A stretch of 64,000 bases of DNA from assembly GCA_963737265.1 (NCBI GenBank), contig CAVTRY010000011.1:64001-128000 (forward strand), read 5' to 3'. The notes beneath the pieces are model-generated. The model saw only the letters and a list, made by a program, of their open reading frames with translations, did no database searches and was not told where the DNA came from. The translations under genes and the position numbers were made by a program. Shown here piece after piece: positions 1 to 9,546 of the stretch (position 1 is its first letter; every line of letters begins with the position of its first letter). Origin of the DNA: an uncultured delta proteobacterium (GTDB taxonomy: Bacteria; Myxococcota_A; Polyangia; Fen-1088).

Positions 1-825
1 CCTGGTGCGCTCGCCGCGCAAAACGCAGCGGAGGCGGCCGGAACAGACAACGACGAGCGAGCTGCCGGTAGCGGGCGGGCCAAAGACGATGCCGCCGGCA
101 ACCCGGCGGCGCCGTCCGCACAGGCCGGGAAGCCGCTGGCGGGAGGAGTTCCTGAAAGGGCGGCGAAGGTTGGCGTCGTTGCGGTGGTGGACGCGGTGGC
201 GGGCGGCAAGGATCCGGTCGCGACCACGGCGGTCGCGCAGCCGGACGCGCCCACCGTAGCTCTGGCCGGAACCAGCGACTCGGCGTCGGCGCCGTCCGGA
301 TCGGGATCGGGCAAGGACGCAAATTCCGGCTCGAGTGTCGTGTCCACGGTTTTCGCGGTGGCGTTGCTGGTTGGGCTGGGTGTGGCTGCCGCCGTGCTCG
401 CCCGTCGTCGCGTCAAGGGGAGCCGAATGATTCGCATCGTGGAGACGGCCTCGATTGGCCCCAAGCGCTCGCTGGTCGTGGCGTGCATTGGCGGACGGAC
501 CATGGTTCTCGGCGTGAGCGAGGCGGGCGTGTCGCTGCTCGATTCGCAAGACTCGTCGCCCGTGATTTCGGAGGCGCCCGCGCACCTGCCGGCTGTGAAC
601 GATGTGGATGCGGCGGCCGGACAGCGCGGCCAACCGTTTCGTGAAGTGGAGGGAAGCGAGCAGAAGAATGAGAGCTCGCTACTCAGTCGCCTGTTCCCGC
701 GGAGCAAAGCCACGGCTGGGGACGACCACCGTTCGCATGATTTCGAAAACCTCCTGTCCGAGAGTCTCGAAGACGAGGAGTTGCGCCGCAAGCTATCGCT
801 CGGCGAGGCCGGACGGGTGGCGTGA
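1..825 (+). CDS. fliO: Flagellar biosynthesis protein FliO/FliZ-like (5' truncated; frame open from base 1)
   Basis: TM helix followed by IRIVETASIGPKRSLVVACIGGRTMVLGVSE (FliO domain); directly upstream of fliP; no stop in this frame from base 1. Confidence 0.8.
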   Translation, partial: PGALAAQNAAEAAGTDNDERAAGSGRAKDDAAGNPAAPSAQAGKPLAGGVPERAAKVGVVAVVDAVAGGKDPVATTAVAQPDAPTVALAGTSDSASAPSGSGSGKDANSGSSVVSTVFAVALLVGLGVAAAVLARRRVKGSRMIRIVETASIGPKRSLVVACIGGRTMVLGVSEAGVSLLDSQDSSPVISEAPAHLPAVNDVDAAAGQRGQPFREVEGSEQKNESSLLSRLFPRSKATAGDDHRSHDFENLLSESLEDEELRRKLSLGEAGRVA

Positions 826-1517
826 ACGTGCCGACCGCCGCCGCGCCATCACTCGCCGATTTCGCCAGTGCGGGTTTGCAAACCGCCGCAGGCCAGGGGT
901 CGACCGCGGTCAAGCTGTTCTTGGTTCTGACTGCGTTGTCGTTCGGAACCGCGATCGTTCTCTCGGTCACGTCCTTCACTCGCATCATCATCGTCTTTTC
1001 CTTTTTGCGCCAGGCGATGGGCACGCCGCAATTGCCGCCCAATCAGGTGCTGGTTGGGCTTTCGCTCTTTCTGACCCTGTTCATCATGGCTCCCACGGTA
1101 CGCAAGATTCACGAACAGGCCTTGACGCCGCTGATGGATGACAAGATTTCCATCGGCGAGGCGCTTGGTCGCGCCCAGGCGCCGCTGTCCGAGTGGATGC
1201 TCAAGCAAACCCGCGACGATGACCTGCGCCTATTTTTCGAAGTGTCGGGCACGCCTCGCCCGGCGCGCGGGGACGTGGTGCCGTTCACCGTGCTCGTGCC
1301 GTCGTTCATGATCTCGGAGCTTGGCACCGCCTTTCGCATGGGACTTTTTCTCTTCATTCCCATGCTGCTTATCGATCTGCTGGTGTCCATCATCATGATG
1401 TCACTCGGCATGATGATGGTGCCGCCGACCCTGGTCGCCATGCCGCTCAAACTCGGCGTGTTCCTGCTGGCCGGCGGCTGGCACTTGGTCGTCTCCTCGA
1501 TTATTCGGAGCTTTTGA
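822..1517 (+). CDS. fliP: Flagellar export gate protein FliP
   Basis: TSFTRIIIVFSFLRQAMGTPQLPPNQVL, PSFMISEL and MMMVPP motifs. Confidence 0.96.
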   Translation: MNVPTAAAPSLADFASAGLQTAAGQGSTAVKLFLVLTALSFGTAIVLSVTSFTRIIIVFSFLRQAMGTPQLPPNQVLVGLSLFLTLFIMAPTVRKIHEQALTPLMDDKISIGEALGRAQAPLSEWMLKQTRDDDLRLFFEVSGTPRPARGDVVPFTVLVPSFMISELGTAFRMGLFLFIPMLLIDLLVSIIMMSLGMMMVPPTLVAMPLKLGVFLLAGGWHLVVSSIIRSF

Positions 1518-1783
1518 TGTCGACCGATCTGCCGTCCAGTCTGATGCGTGAAGGCTTCGCCGTGATCGCCACCGTGGGCGGGCCGTTTGTGATCGGGCTG
1601 CTGGTGATCGGTCTTCTCGTTGGCCTTCTGCAGGCCGCGACCCAAATCAACGATCCGGCGGTCGGGTTTCTTCCCCGGCTCGTGACCGGGCTGCTGGTCG
1701 CCTATTTCACCGGTCCGTGGGCGGTCGAGCGCCTGGCGCGCTACGTGGCCGCGGCGTTCCGGGGTATGTCCGGTCAGATGTGA
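1517..1783 (+). CDS. fliQ: Flagellar export protein FliQ
   Basis: About 88 aa, hydrophobic, GLLQAATQIND..FLPRL; between fliP and fliR. Confidence 0.93.
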   Translation: MSTDLPSSLMREGFAVIATVGGPFVIGLLVIGLLVGLLQAATQINDPAVGFLPRLVTGLLVAYFTGPWAVERLARYVAAAFRGMSGQM

Positions 1784-1787
1784 GACC

Positions 1788-2543
1788 ATGCTGGCGACGT
1801 CGTTCTTGCCATTGACGATCGGCTTCTTCCTCGTGTTGGTCCGCTGCACGAGCCTCTTCATGATGGCACCGATCTTCAGCGCCAAGACGATCCCAGCCCT
1901 GGTGCGCATGGGCTTCGCCGTACCGGTCGCGGCTGCGGTTTTCGTGGGGGCCGGGTCGCCGACCTTTGCCAGCTTCGATCGTCTGCCGCACCTGATCCCG
2001 GCGGTGGTCATGGAAGTCGTCATCGGGCTTGGCGCTGGGCTCTCCGCACGCTTCGCCATCGAGGCGGCCGCGGCAGCCGGCAGCGCCATGGCCGTGGGAA
2101 TGGGCATCAGCTTTGGTTCTGTCATCGATCCGCTGCACGGGGCGGAATCCACCGCCATCGGCGACCTGCTTTCGTTTCTGGCCATGGCCGTGGCGCTGGT
2201 CACCGGCCTTCATCGCGAGGCCGTGGTTTGGCTGTGCCGTTCGGTGCGAGAAAATCCGCCGGGCTCCGACTTCTCCGTCGCCACCATCGCCACGCGGGTA
2301 ATCTCCGACGGAACGGCGTCGTTCGCCCTGGCTGTCCGCCTGGCCTATCCGGTCTTGGCAGCGGTGACGCTCGGCCATCTCGGACTTGGGCTGCTCAATC
2401 GCGCCGCGCCCCAGATGAATTTGTCCAACATCGGCTTTACGGTCGCGCTCCTGGCCGGCGGTGGGGCGTTTTACCTGGTTGCCCCGGGCGCCGCAGTGCT
2501 GGCCGCGCAGGCCGCGCGCACGGCGTTTGCAGGTCATTACTGA
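1788..2543 (+). CDS. fliR: Flagellar export protein FliR
   Basis: Polytopic; MAPIFS, GISFGSVIDP, LLNRAAPQMN motifs. Confidence 0.94.
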   Translation: MLATSFLPLTIGFFLVLVRCTSLFMMAPIFSAKTIPALVRMGFAVPVAAAVFVGAGSPTFASFDRLPHLIPAVVMEVVIGLGAGLSARFAIEAAAAAGSAMAVGMGISFGSVIDPLHGAESTAIGDLLSFLAMAVALVTGLHREAVVWLCRSVRENPPGSDFSVATIATRVISDGTASFALAVRLAYPVLAAVTLGHLGLGLLNRAAPQMNLSNIGFTVALLAGGGAFYLVAPGAAVLAAQAARTAFAGHY

Positions 2544-2558
2544 GATGGTCCGAGCGCC

Positions 2559-3635
2559 ATGTCCGACGACGCACGCGATGACGAGAAGACAGAACAAGCG
2601 AGCCAGCGCCGAATGCAGTCGGCGCGGGAGAACGGTGACATTGCCGTCGCTCGTGACGTGGGGATGTTGGCGGCGCTCGCCGCGGGTGGAGGGGTACTCG
2701 CCGCGGTTGGGTCCAGCCTGCGCGACTCGCTGGTCAACATGGTCTTCGCCGCGGCGGATGGTTTGGGGAATCCATCTGCGGATCGCCTGGTTCCCTACCT
2801 GTCGCGGCCAGCCTTCGCCACGGTAATGGTTCCAGCCGCGGTGGCGCTGGCGGTCGCCATCGTCTACGCCATGCAGACCCGTCTTGGCCTGTGGCCGGAA
2901 TTGACCTTTCCCGATTTCACGCGTGTGTTTTCGGCCGGCCGAATCAAACGCCTGTTGCAGAAGGATACGTTCATCGATCTCGGGATGTCGGCGGTCAAGG
3001 TGCTGACGCTGGGATGGGCGCTGGTCAGCACCTTTCGCGCCACGTTTCTGTCGTTGCCGCGCATGCTTTCCATGTCCACCGCCGCGCAAGTGGAAGCGAC
3101 CTATCATCCGCTGGCGACCGGGCTGGCCAGGATTCTGTCAGTCGTCGCCTTGCTGGCGGGCGCGGACTTTGCACTGACGCGCTTCCGGTACAAGCGGCGC
3201 ATGAAGATGACCAAGGACGATGCCAAGCGCGACCGTCGGGAAGAAGAGGGCGATCCTCTGATTCGCTCCCGCCGCCGGCGCAGACACCGCGAGCTGGCCA
3301 AGGGCTTGGTGAAGGTCGAAGTTCCGCGCGCCGACGCATTGATTGTCAATCCAACCCACATCGCCATCGCCATCCGCTATCAGCCCGGCGAGGACTCGGC
3401 ACCGCGCGTGACCGCCAAGGGCAAGGGACAGCTTGCCGAAATCATGCGCGACCTTGCGCGCATGCACGGCATTCCCATCGTAGAGGACATCGCGTTGGCG
3501 CGCCTGCTTTACCGGCGCGTGAAGGTCGGGCGTTGCGTTCCCATGGAAACCTTCAAGGCCGTCGCCGCCATCCTGGCCTATGTCTACCGCGTGCTCGGGC
3601 GTGGTCCCGTGCGGGCCGCAGGAGGTTCGCGATGA
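2559..3635 (+). CDS. flhB: Export substrate-specificity switch FlhB
   Basis: EKTEQAS, KMTK..EGDP and NPTH autocleavage motif. Confidence 0.96.
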   Translation: MSDDARDDEKTEQASQRRMQSARENGDIAVARDVGMLAALAAGGGVLAAVGSSLRDSLVNMVFAAADGLGNPSADRLVPYLSRPAFATVMVPAAVALAVAIVYAMQTRLGLWPELTFPDFTRVFSAGRIKRLLQKDTFIDLGMSAVKVLTLGWALVSTFRATFLSLPRMLSMSTAAQVEATYHPLATGLARILSVVALLAGADFALTRFRYKRRMKMTKDDAKRDRREEEGDPLIRSRRRRRHRELAKGLVKVEVPRADALIVNPTHIAIAIRYQPGEDSAPRVTAKGKGQLAEIMRDLARMHGIPIVEDIALARLLYRRVKVGRCVPMETFKAVAAILAYVYRVLGRGPVRAAGGSR

Positions 3636-5737
3636 GCGAAGTCCCAGGCGCGGCGGCGAAAGAGACGCCAGCGTCCGCGCGCAGTGAAGCCGCGCTGGCG
3701 GGCGCGGTGTTGGGCGTGGTCGCCATCCTCGTCATGCCCTTGCCGGCGATGGCTCTCGATGCGCTGTTAGCGATCAGCATCGGAATCTCGCTGCTGGTTC
3801 TGCTGGTTTCGTTGGGCGTCGCGCGCGCTCTCGATTTCTCCGTTTTCCCCTCACTGCTGCTCATCGTCACCCTATTTCGGCTGGGGCTCAACGTCGCCAC
3901 CACCCGGCTCATCCTGCTCGAAGGCGCGGCTGGAACGGGCGCCGCCGGACACATCATTCAGGCCTTCGGTCAGTTCGCGGTCGGCGGGAGTTTGATCGTC
4001 GGCTCGGTGGTCTTCCTCATTCTCTTGGTGGTGAACTTCGCGGTCATCACGCGCGGGTCGGGCCGCGTGGCCGAGGTCGCGGCGCGCTTCACCTTGGACG
4101 CGTTGCCGGGCAAGCAGATGTCCATCGACGCCGACCTCGCCGCCGGCATCATCGACGATCGCGAGGCGCGACGTCGCCGCAAGGCCTTGGAACAGGAGAT
4201 TGAATTCTTCGGTGCCATGGACGGTGCCAGCAAGTTCGTGCGCGGCGACGCCGTCGCGGGCTTGGTCATCACCTGCATCAACATCGTGGGCGGCCTCATC
4301 GCAGGCATGGGCCGCGATCACATGTCGCTGTCGAGCGCGATCGAGACCTTCACCATTCTCACCATCGGCGATGGGTTGGTCAGCCAGATTCCCGCGCTGC
4401 TTGTCTCCACCGCTGCCGGTATCATCGTCACGCGCGCCAGCTCGGGTGCCCGTCTGGGCGCGGAAGTCGGTGCGCAGGTGTTCGGCCAGCGCCGCGTCCT
4501 CAAGCACGCGTCAGGGGTCATGCTGGCCATTGGACTTCTGCCTGGTATGCCGCTTCTCGTGTTTGCGGGGCTGGCGGGGCTGTCCTTCTGGTTGTCCCGC
4601 CGCAAGCCAAGCAAGGCAACGCCAACGCCCGCGGCACAGACCGCCGCGGCCGGGCCGCAGCAGGAAACCCTGGGATCCATGGTGGATCTGGATACGCTGG
4701 AATTGGAAGTGGGACACGGCCTGCTGTCGATCATCGACCTCGATCGTGGCGGCGAGTTGCCCGGGCGCGTGTCGGCCTTGCGCAAGCAGATCGCCAGCGA
4801 GCTTGGCATCGTGATTCCGGCGGTGCACCTGCGCGACAACCTACGCTTGGATGCCAACGAGTATCGCATCAGGTTGCGCGGCCTGGACGTCGCCACGGGA
4901 ATCGCCTATGTCGATCGCCTGATGGCGCTCGACCCCTCGGGCTCCACGCCGCGCCTCAATGGCGTCGACGGACTGCACGCCAAGGAGCCCGCGTTTGGCT
5001 TGCCCGCGATCTGGATCTTTCCCGGCGATCGATCGCGCGCCGAGAGCGCCGGCCTGACGGTTGTCGATCCCGCCTCGGTCATGACGACGCACCTGTGCGA
5101 GGTCCTGCGCCGAAACGCGCACGAGCTGGTCGGGCGCCAAGAGGTCCAGGAGTTGCTCGCTCACGCCGGCAAGGAAGCACCCAAGTTGGTCGAGGATGTG
5201 GTGCCAGGTACGATTTCTCTCGGCGAGGTCGTGCGCGTGGTGCGCGGCGTGCTCAGGGAAGGACTTTCCATCCGCGACTTCCGCAGCATCCTCGAAGCCG
5301 TGGGCGACGCCGCCCCACGCAGCAAGGACACGACCTTCCTGGTCGAGCAAGTTCGCCGCCGCTTGGCTCGCCAGATCACGTCGCGCGTGGCCGACGCCAA
5401 GGGCGTGGTCCATGCGCTGACGCTCGACCGCAACACCGAAGATCTTCTGCGCAAGTCGCTCGGGCAAAGCGAGGGCGAGGCAACCCTGGCGCCTGACGTG
5501 GCGACGGCCAAGCGTTTCATTTCGAACCTGGAAGCGCACGCGGCCAATTTCGCCGCCTCCGGCCGTCCGACCACGCTCGTCACGCCACCCGACCTGCGCC
5601 GTCCGATTTACGACTTCGCCTCGCGCTTCGTTCCCGATCTTTGGGTGGTGACCGCGCGCGAGCTGGTGTCCGGCACGCAAGTGGAACCTGCCGGAACAAT
5701 CGATTTGAATCCCGCGTCCTGGACCAAGGCTGCCTGA
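3632..5737 (+). CDS. flhA: Flagellar export protein FlhA
   Basis: RVAEVAARFTLDALPGKQMSIDADL, FFGAMDGASKFVRGDA; ATG 3632 after GGAGG, overlapping the flhB stop. Confidence 0.97.
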   Translation: MSEVPGAAAKETPASARSEAALAGAVLGVVAILVMPLPAMALDALLAISIGISLLVLLVSLGVARALDFSVFPSLLLIVTLFRLGLNVATTRLILLEGAAGTGAAGHIIQAFGQFAVGGSLIVGSVVFLILLVVNFAVITRGSGRVAEVAARFTLDALPGKQMSIDADLAAGIIDDREARRRRKALEQEIEFFGAMDGASKFVRGDAVAGLVITCINIVGGLIAGMGRDHMSLSSAIETFTILTIGDGLVSQIPALLVSTAAGIIVTRASSGARLGAEVGAQVFGQRRVLKHASGVMLAIGLLPGMPLLVFAGLAGLSFWLSRRKPSKATPTPAAQTAAAGPQQETLGSMVDLDTLELEVGHGLLSIIDLDRGGELPGRVSALRKQIASELGIVIPAVHLRDNLRLDANEYRIRLRGLDVATGIAYVDRLMALDPSGSTPRLNGVDGLHAKEPAFGLPAIWIFPGDRSRAESAGLTVVDPASVMTTHLCEVLRRNAHELVGRQEVQELLAHAGKEAPKLVEDVVPGTISLGEVVRVVRGVLREGLSIRDFRSILEAVGDAAPRSKDTTFLVEQVRRRLARQITSRVADAKGVVHALTLDRNTEDLLRKSLGQSEGEATLAPDVATAKRFISNLEAHAANFAASGRPTTLVTPPDLRRPIYDFASRFVPDLWVVTARELVSGTQVEPAGTIDLNPASWTKAA

Positions 5738-5768
5738 CGACGCTTCGACGTTTGGACTGGAGACAACC

Positions 5769-6869
5769 ATGAACGCAACGGTAAAGACATTTCGCGGACG
5801 AGATCCCAAGTCAGCCCTCGATGCCGTCAAGGCTTCGCTCGGCGACCAGGCGATCATTCTCAACACCCGCGAGGTCGGTGGGCTGTGGGGCAAACGCGAG
5901 ATCGAAATCACCGCCGTGCAATCGGGCGGCGAGGTTCCCACCAAGAGCAGCCGGCGACCGCACGACGTGGAATCCGAGGTCTCGGCGTTGCGCCGAATCG
6001 TGGAAGACCTGCGCGCCGAGGTGCGCGGCAACCGCGCCGAACCCAAGTCGATGTCAATGACGGCGCGTCCAGAAGCCGCTCGCCCAGAAAAGGAGGGGCC
6101 GACTCCCACGGGACGTCTGCAGCAACGCCTCATCGAACGCGGCGTCGAGGCGACCCTGGCGACTGAGATCGCCCGCGAGGCGTTGCGAACCGCGGAGGGA
6201 CCGAGCGAAAAGGACACCACCGCTGCGCTTCGCCAGACGCTGCGAACGCGGCTGGCCTCGGCTCGCCCGCCGTGGGAAGGCGAGGGGCGCCGACTGGTTG
6301 CGCTGGTCGGCCCCACCGGAGTGGGGAAGACCACCACCATCGCGAAGATCGCAGCGCACGCTCTGCTCGACTCGCGGCTCAAGGTATCGCTCGTGACCGT
6401 CGACACTTATCGCATAGGTGCCAGTGAGCACATTCAGCGCTACGGCGAAATTATGAACATACCCACCCATGTTGCGCGCGACGAGGCAGGCTTGCGTGAG
6501 GCTATTTTTCGCTCGGGCGACGCGCATTTGGTGCTCGTCGATACCGCCGGCCGTTCCGATCCAGCCGCGCTGGCGGCCCAGGCGCAGCTTCTGCGCAAGG
6601 TGGAAGGCATCGAGTGCCACCTGGTGGTTTCCGCGGCGACGGGCGCGCGCGAGATCCGTGCCGCAGCCAAGCGCTTTCACGGCTATCAGCCGCAGCGGCT
6701 TATTTTCTCCAAGCTCGACGAGTCCGACGGCCCGGGTTCGATTCTCTCCGCCGCGACGGAAACCCGGGTGGCGATTTCTTGTGTCACCGACGGGCAGCGC
6801 GTTCCGGAAGACATCCATCCCGCCAGCGGTCAGAGCTTGGTCGACAGGTTGCTAGGAATCGGAGGGTGA
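5769..6869 (+). CDS. flhF: SRP-family GTPase FlhF
   Basis: GPTGVGKTTTIAK, DTYRIGA, DTAGR, SKLDE, GQRVPEDI. Confidence 0.95.
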   Translation: MNATVKTFRGRDPKSALDAVKASLGDQAIILNTREVGGLWGKREIEITAVQSGGEVPTKSSRRPHDVESEVSALRRIVEDLRAEVRGNRAEPKSMSMTARPEAARPEKEGPTPTGRLQQRLIERGVEATLATEIAREALRTAEGPSEKDTTAALRQTLRTRLASARPPWEGEGRRLVALVGPTGVGKTTTIAKIAAHALLDSRLKVSLVTVDTYRIGASEHIQRYGEIMNIPTHVARDEAGLREAIFRSGDAHLVLVDTAGRSDPAALAAQAQLLRKVEGIECHLVVSAATGAREIRAAAKRFHGYQPQRLIFSKLDESDGPGSILSAATETRVAISCVTDGQRVPEDIHPASGQSLVDRLLGIGG

Positions 6870-7753
6870 GTTTGGACCAAGCGGAAAACCTCAGATTGCG
6901 CGTGGCAGGCGGCAAACCAGTCGGCGTCGCGGCGGTCGAGCCCCTGCGCGTGATGGCCGTGACCAGTGGCAAAGGCGGCGTGGGCAAGACCATGCTCACC
7001 GCCAACTTGGCCGTCCTCGCCGCCAAGCGCGGCAAGCGCGTGCTCATCATCGACGCCGACCTCGGGCTCGCCAACGTCGAGATCGTCTTCGGCGTGAAAC
7101 CCAAGCGCCACATGGGCGACCTCTTGCACCCCGAGGTTTCGGTCGATGACGTCTTGATTGAAGTGCGCCCCGGCATCCACATTCTTCCCGCAGCCTCGGG
7201 CATCCAGCATCTCACCCAGCTCGGCGAGGAAGACAAGCTTCACCTCATCGCCACGCTCGACGGACTCGCCGATCGATTCGATCTGGTGCTCATCGACTCG
7301 GGCGCTGGCATTGGCGACAACGTGCTCTTCTTCGTGGGGATCGCGCAGGAAATCGTTCTCGTGGTGACGCCGGAACCCACTTCTCTCGTGGACGCCTACG
7401 CCGCAGTGAAGGTGCTGTCGCAACAGATGGGTCTGAAGGATTTCGGCGTGGTCGTCAACGCCGTTGTCGACGAGATGGCCGCGCGCGACGTCTTCCAGAA
7501 ACTGGTCACCTTGGCCGATAGGTTTCTGAGCGTCCGCATTCGCCACCTGGGCTACATCACCCGCGACGAGAACGTGCACCGGGCCATCATGGCGCAGAAG
7601 CCAATCACGGATCTGTTTGCTCAGGCTCCGGCAAGTCGCGCGCTGAGCTTGGTCGCGGATCGCCTGTTCAACTCTGCACCGCCTCCGGCTGTGGACGGTG
7701 GCATGAAGCTGATGTGGCACCGCCTTTTCCGGGAGGCCGGCGTGCCGAGGTAA
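6866..7753 (+). CDS. flhG: MinD-like ATPase FlhG/FleN
   Basis: DQAENLR N-terminal motif, SGKGGVGKT, DADLGLAN, TPEPTS; GTG start overlaps the flhF stop. Confidence 0.94.
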   Translation: MSLDQAENLRLRVAGGKPVGVAAVEPLRVMAVTSGKGGVGKTMLTANLAVLAAKRGKRVLIIDADLGLANVEIVFGVKPKRHMGDLLHPEVSVDDVLIEVRPGIHILPAASGIQHLTQLGEEDKLHLIATLDGLADRFDLVLIDSGAGIGDNVLFFVGIAQEIVLVVTPEPTSLVDAYAAVKVLSQQMGLKDFGVVVNAVVDEMAARDVFQKLVTLADRFLSVRIRHLGYITRDENVHRAIMAQKPITDLFAQAPASRALSLVADRLFNSAPPPAVDGGMKLMWHRLFREAGVPR

Positions 7754-7764
7754 CCGGAGTGACG

Positions 7765-8469
7765 ATGCACAGGGCCATTGCGACCTACGCCACCAGCGCT
7801 CCGGTTCTGTCCGACGAAGCCGCGCTGCTCGAAAAGTACCAGAGCCTGATCGAACGAATCGCGCGGCGGCTGGTGTGGCGAACCGGCATGCACAGCGCCT
7901 ACGATGATCTTTGGTCGGCCGGCGGGTTGGCCCTCATCGAGGCCGGGCGGCGCTACGATCCAGCGAAAGGCGCGACCTTTGCGACCTTCGCCGAGCACCG
8001 GGTGCGCGGCGCCATGATCGATGAATTGCGCAGCATGGACCACCTTCCGCGGCGTTTGCGCAATCGCACCGACGACATGGCCAAGGCCAAGCGCAAGCTG
8101 GAAGAGGAATTGGGGCGGGAAGCGACGACGGACGAGATCGCCAAAGAATTGGATCTGGACATCGACGAGGTGGCGGGCATCGCTGCGCTGATGGAACCGC
8201 ACCTGCCGTTAGACTCGGTCCTTCATCGCGTCTCCAGCACGGATGATTCGGATGCGGCTCTGGAGCGGGCGGAGACCGTCCGACGGCTCAGCCGCGCGCT
8301 CGAAGCACTGCCCGAGCGCCTGCGCATGGTGCTCGGCTTGCACTACGACGAAGACCTTACCTATCGCGAGATCGCCAAGCTCATGCAGATCAGCGAGCCA
8401 CGCGTGTGCCAATTGCATGGCGATGCGCTGAAGAAGATGCGCGAGGCGATGAAGGACGAAGAAGAGTAG
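7765..8469 (+). CDS. fliA: Flagellar sigma factor sigma-28
   Basis: FATFAEHRVRGAMIDELRSMD, region 4 ISEPRVCQLH; follows flhFG. Confidence 0.95.
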   Translation: MHRAIATYATSAPVLSDEAALLEKYQSLIERIARRLVWRTGMHSAYDDLWSAGGLALIEAGRRYDPAKGATFATFAEHRVRGAMIDELRSMDHLPRRLRNRTDDMAKAKRKLEEELGREATTDEIAKELDLDIDEVAGIAALMEPHLPLDSVLHRVSSTDDSDAALERAETVRRLSRALEALPERLRMVLGLHYDEDLTYREIAKLMQISEPRVCQLHGDALKKMREAMKDEEE

Positions 8470-8494
8470 CGAGGCAGAGGGCCGCCTGGCGCGG

Positions 8495-9388
8495 CTACTT
8501 GAAGACCCTGACCGACGGTAGCAGCTTCTCGAACTGGGTCAGGGTGGACATGACTTGGTCACCTTTGAGCCCGAGATCCGTGAATACGGTCTCGGCCGGA
8601 TCGAGCAATCGTTTCGATGCTCGTCCGATTCCCATGGCGTCGGCGAAGGCGTCGGCGCCGGCGATGAGGTTGGCGGAGAAGTGGTGCCCGCCGAGCTTGT
8701 AGTTGTGGTGGTGGGCGGCGGCCTCGACGGTGCTGCTGGGAAGCTTCCACACCATGCACGCAGCGGCGCCGACCTTGCTGTGGTACGCCTGCAACGCATC
8801 CATGATGATGCCGAGAAACACCGGTTCCTTGGCCATTTCCCAGGTGACCTTGCCACTCTTCACGCAGCGATCGAGCAAGATGAGGTCGCCGATGTCGTGC
8901 AGCAGACCGGCGGTGAAGGCCGCCTCCATGGGCAGACGCAGTGTGGACGCGATCAGACGCGCGGCCAGCGCCGTTGCCGGAAAGCGCGAGGTGACTTGCT
9001 GAACGTGGTCGTCGAAGCCGCGAATGCGAAACATGGTGGAGCTGGTCACGACCATCATGACGATGTCGCTCACATTAGACAGGCCGATGCGCACGATGGC
9101 GTCGCGCACGCTGACGATCGGCATGCGCGGAGCGAACAGGGGCGAGTTGGCGACCGAGACCATTTGTGCGCTTATGAATGGATCGCGCGACACGGATTTT
9201 TCGATGCGGAGCGCGTCGCTAGAAGCGTGCTGGCACAGCTCCATCACCTCGGCCGCTACATCGGGCAGGCTGCGCTTAATGGCATGCGTGTCCTGGATGA
9301 CCTCGCGGGCGCAGTCGGCGATGATCTGTGTCAGCTCTGCGGGATCGGGTACAACCGTCGCGCGGTCCGCTTTGCGAAAGCCAAGCAT
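8495..9388 (-). CDS. HDOD domain protein
   Basis: SLPDVA..DPFISAQMVSVANSPLF..AIVRIG, AFTAGLLHDIG, WKLP. Confidence 0.88.
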   Translation of the reverse strand: MLGFRKADRATVVPDPAELTQIIADCAREVIQDTHAIKRSLPDVAAEVMELCQHASSDALRIEKSVSRDPFISAQMVSVANSPLFAPRMPIVSVRDAIVRIGLSNVSDIVMMVVTSSTMFRIRGFDDHVQQVTSRFPATALAARLIASTLRLPMEAAFTAGLLHDIGDLILLDRCVKSGKVTWEMAKEPVFLGIIMDALQAYHSKVGAAACMVWKLPSSTVEAAAHHHNYKLGGHHFSANLIAGADAFADAMGIGRASKRLLDPAETVFTDLGLKGDQVMSTLTQFEKLLPSVRVFK

Positions 9389-9400
9389 CGTGTGTTAGTC

Positions 9401-9428
9401 GGGTCGGCAGAATAGTCCGGCTGGTTGA
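9401..9428 (-). promoter_or_regulatory. Putative sigma-28 promoter of the leftward HDOD gene
   Basis: Minus strand TCAA-N16-GCCGACCC, 12 nt upstream of the ATG. Confidence 0.55.
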
Positions 9429-9495
9429 GGACAATTCTTAATGGCGCGCGTGTGTGCCGAAAGGCAGAGCAGAGGCATGATGGTTCGCGCAGGCA

Positions 9496-9523
9496 TCAAG
9501 CCGAATCGCCAACCAGTCGATGG
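9496..9523 (+). promoter_or_regulatory. Putative sigma-28 promoter of the rightward HDOD gene
   Basis: TCAA-N16-GTCGATGG, same spacing as the other sites. Confidence 0.5.
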
Positions 9524-9546
9524 GCCGGATATAGGTTTTGCGGACC

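Noticed and set aside
2891-3631. N-terminal extensions given by the ORF track for flhA (also flhG, hypD, hoxY and the sigma-54 activator)
   Set aside because: They overlap upstream genes; better starts with an RBS or stop-start coupling lie downstream
822-5737. Export genes as a non-flagellar type III secretion system
   Set aside because: Flagellin, hook, rings, stators and flhFG-fliA are all present
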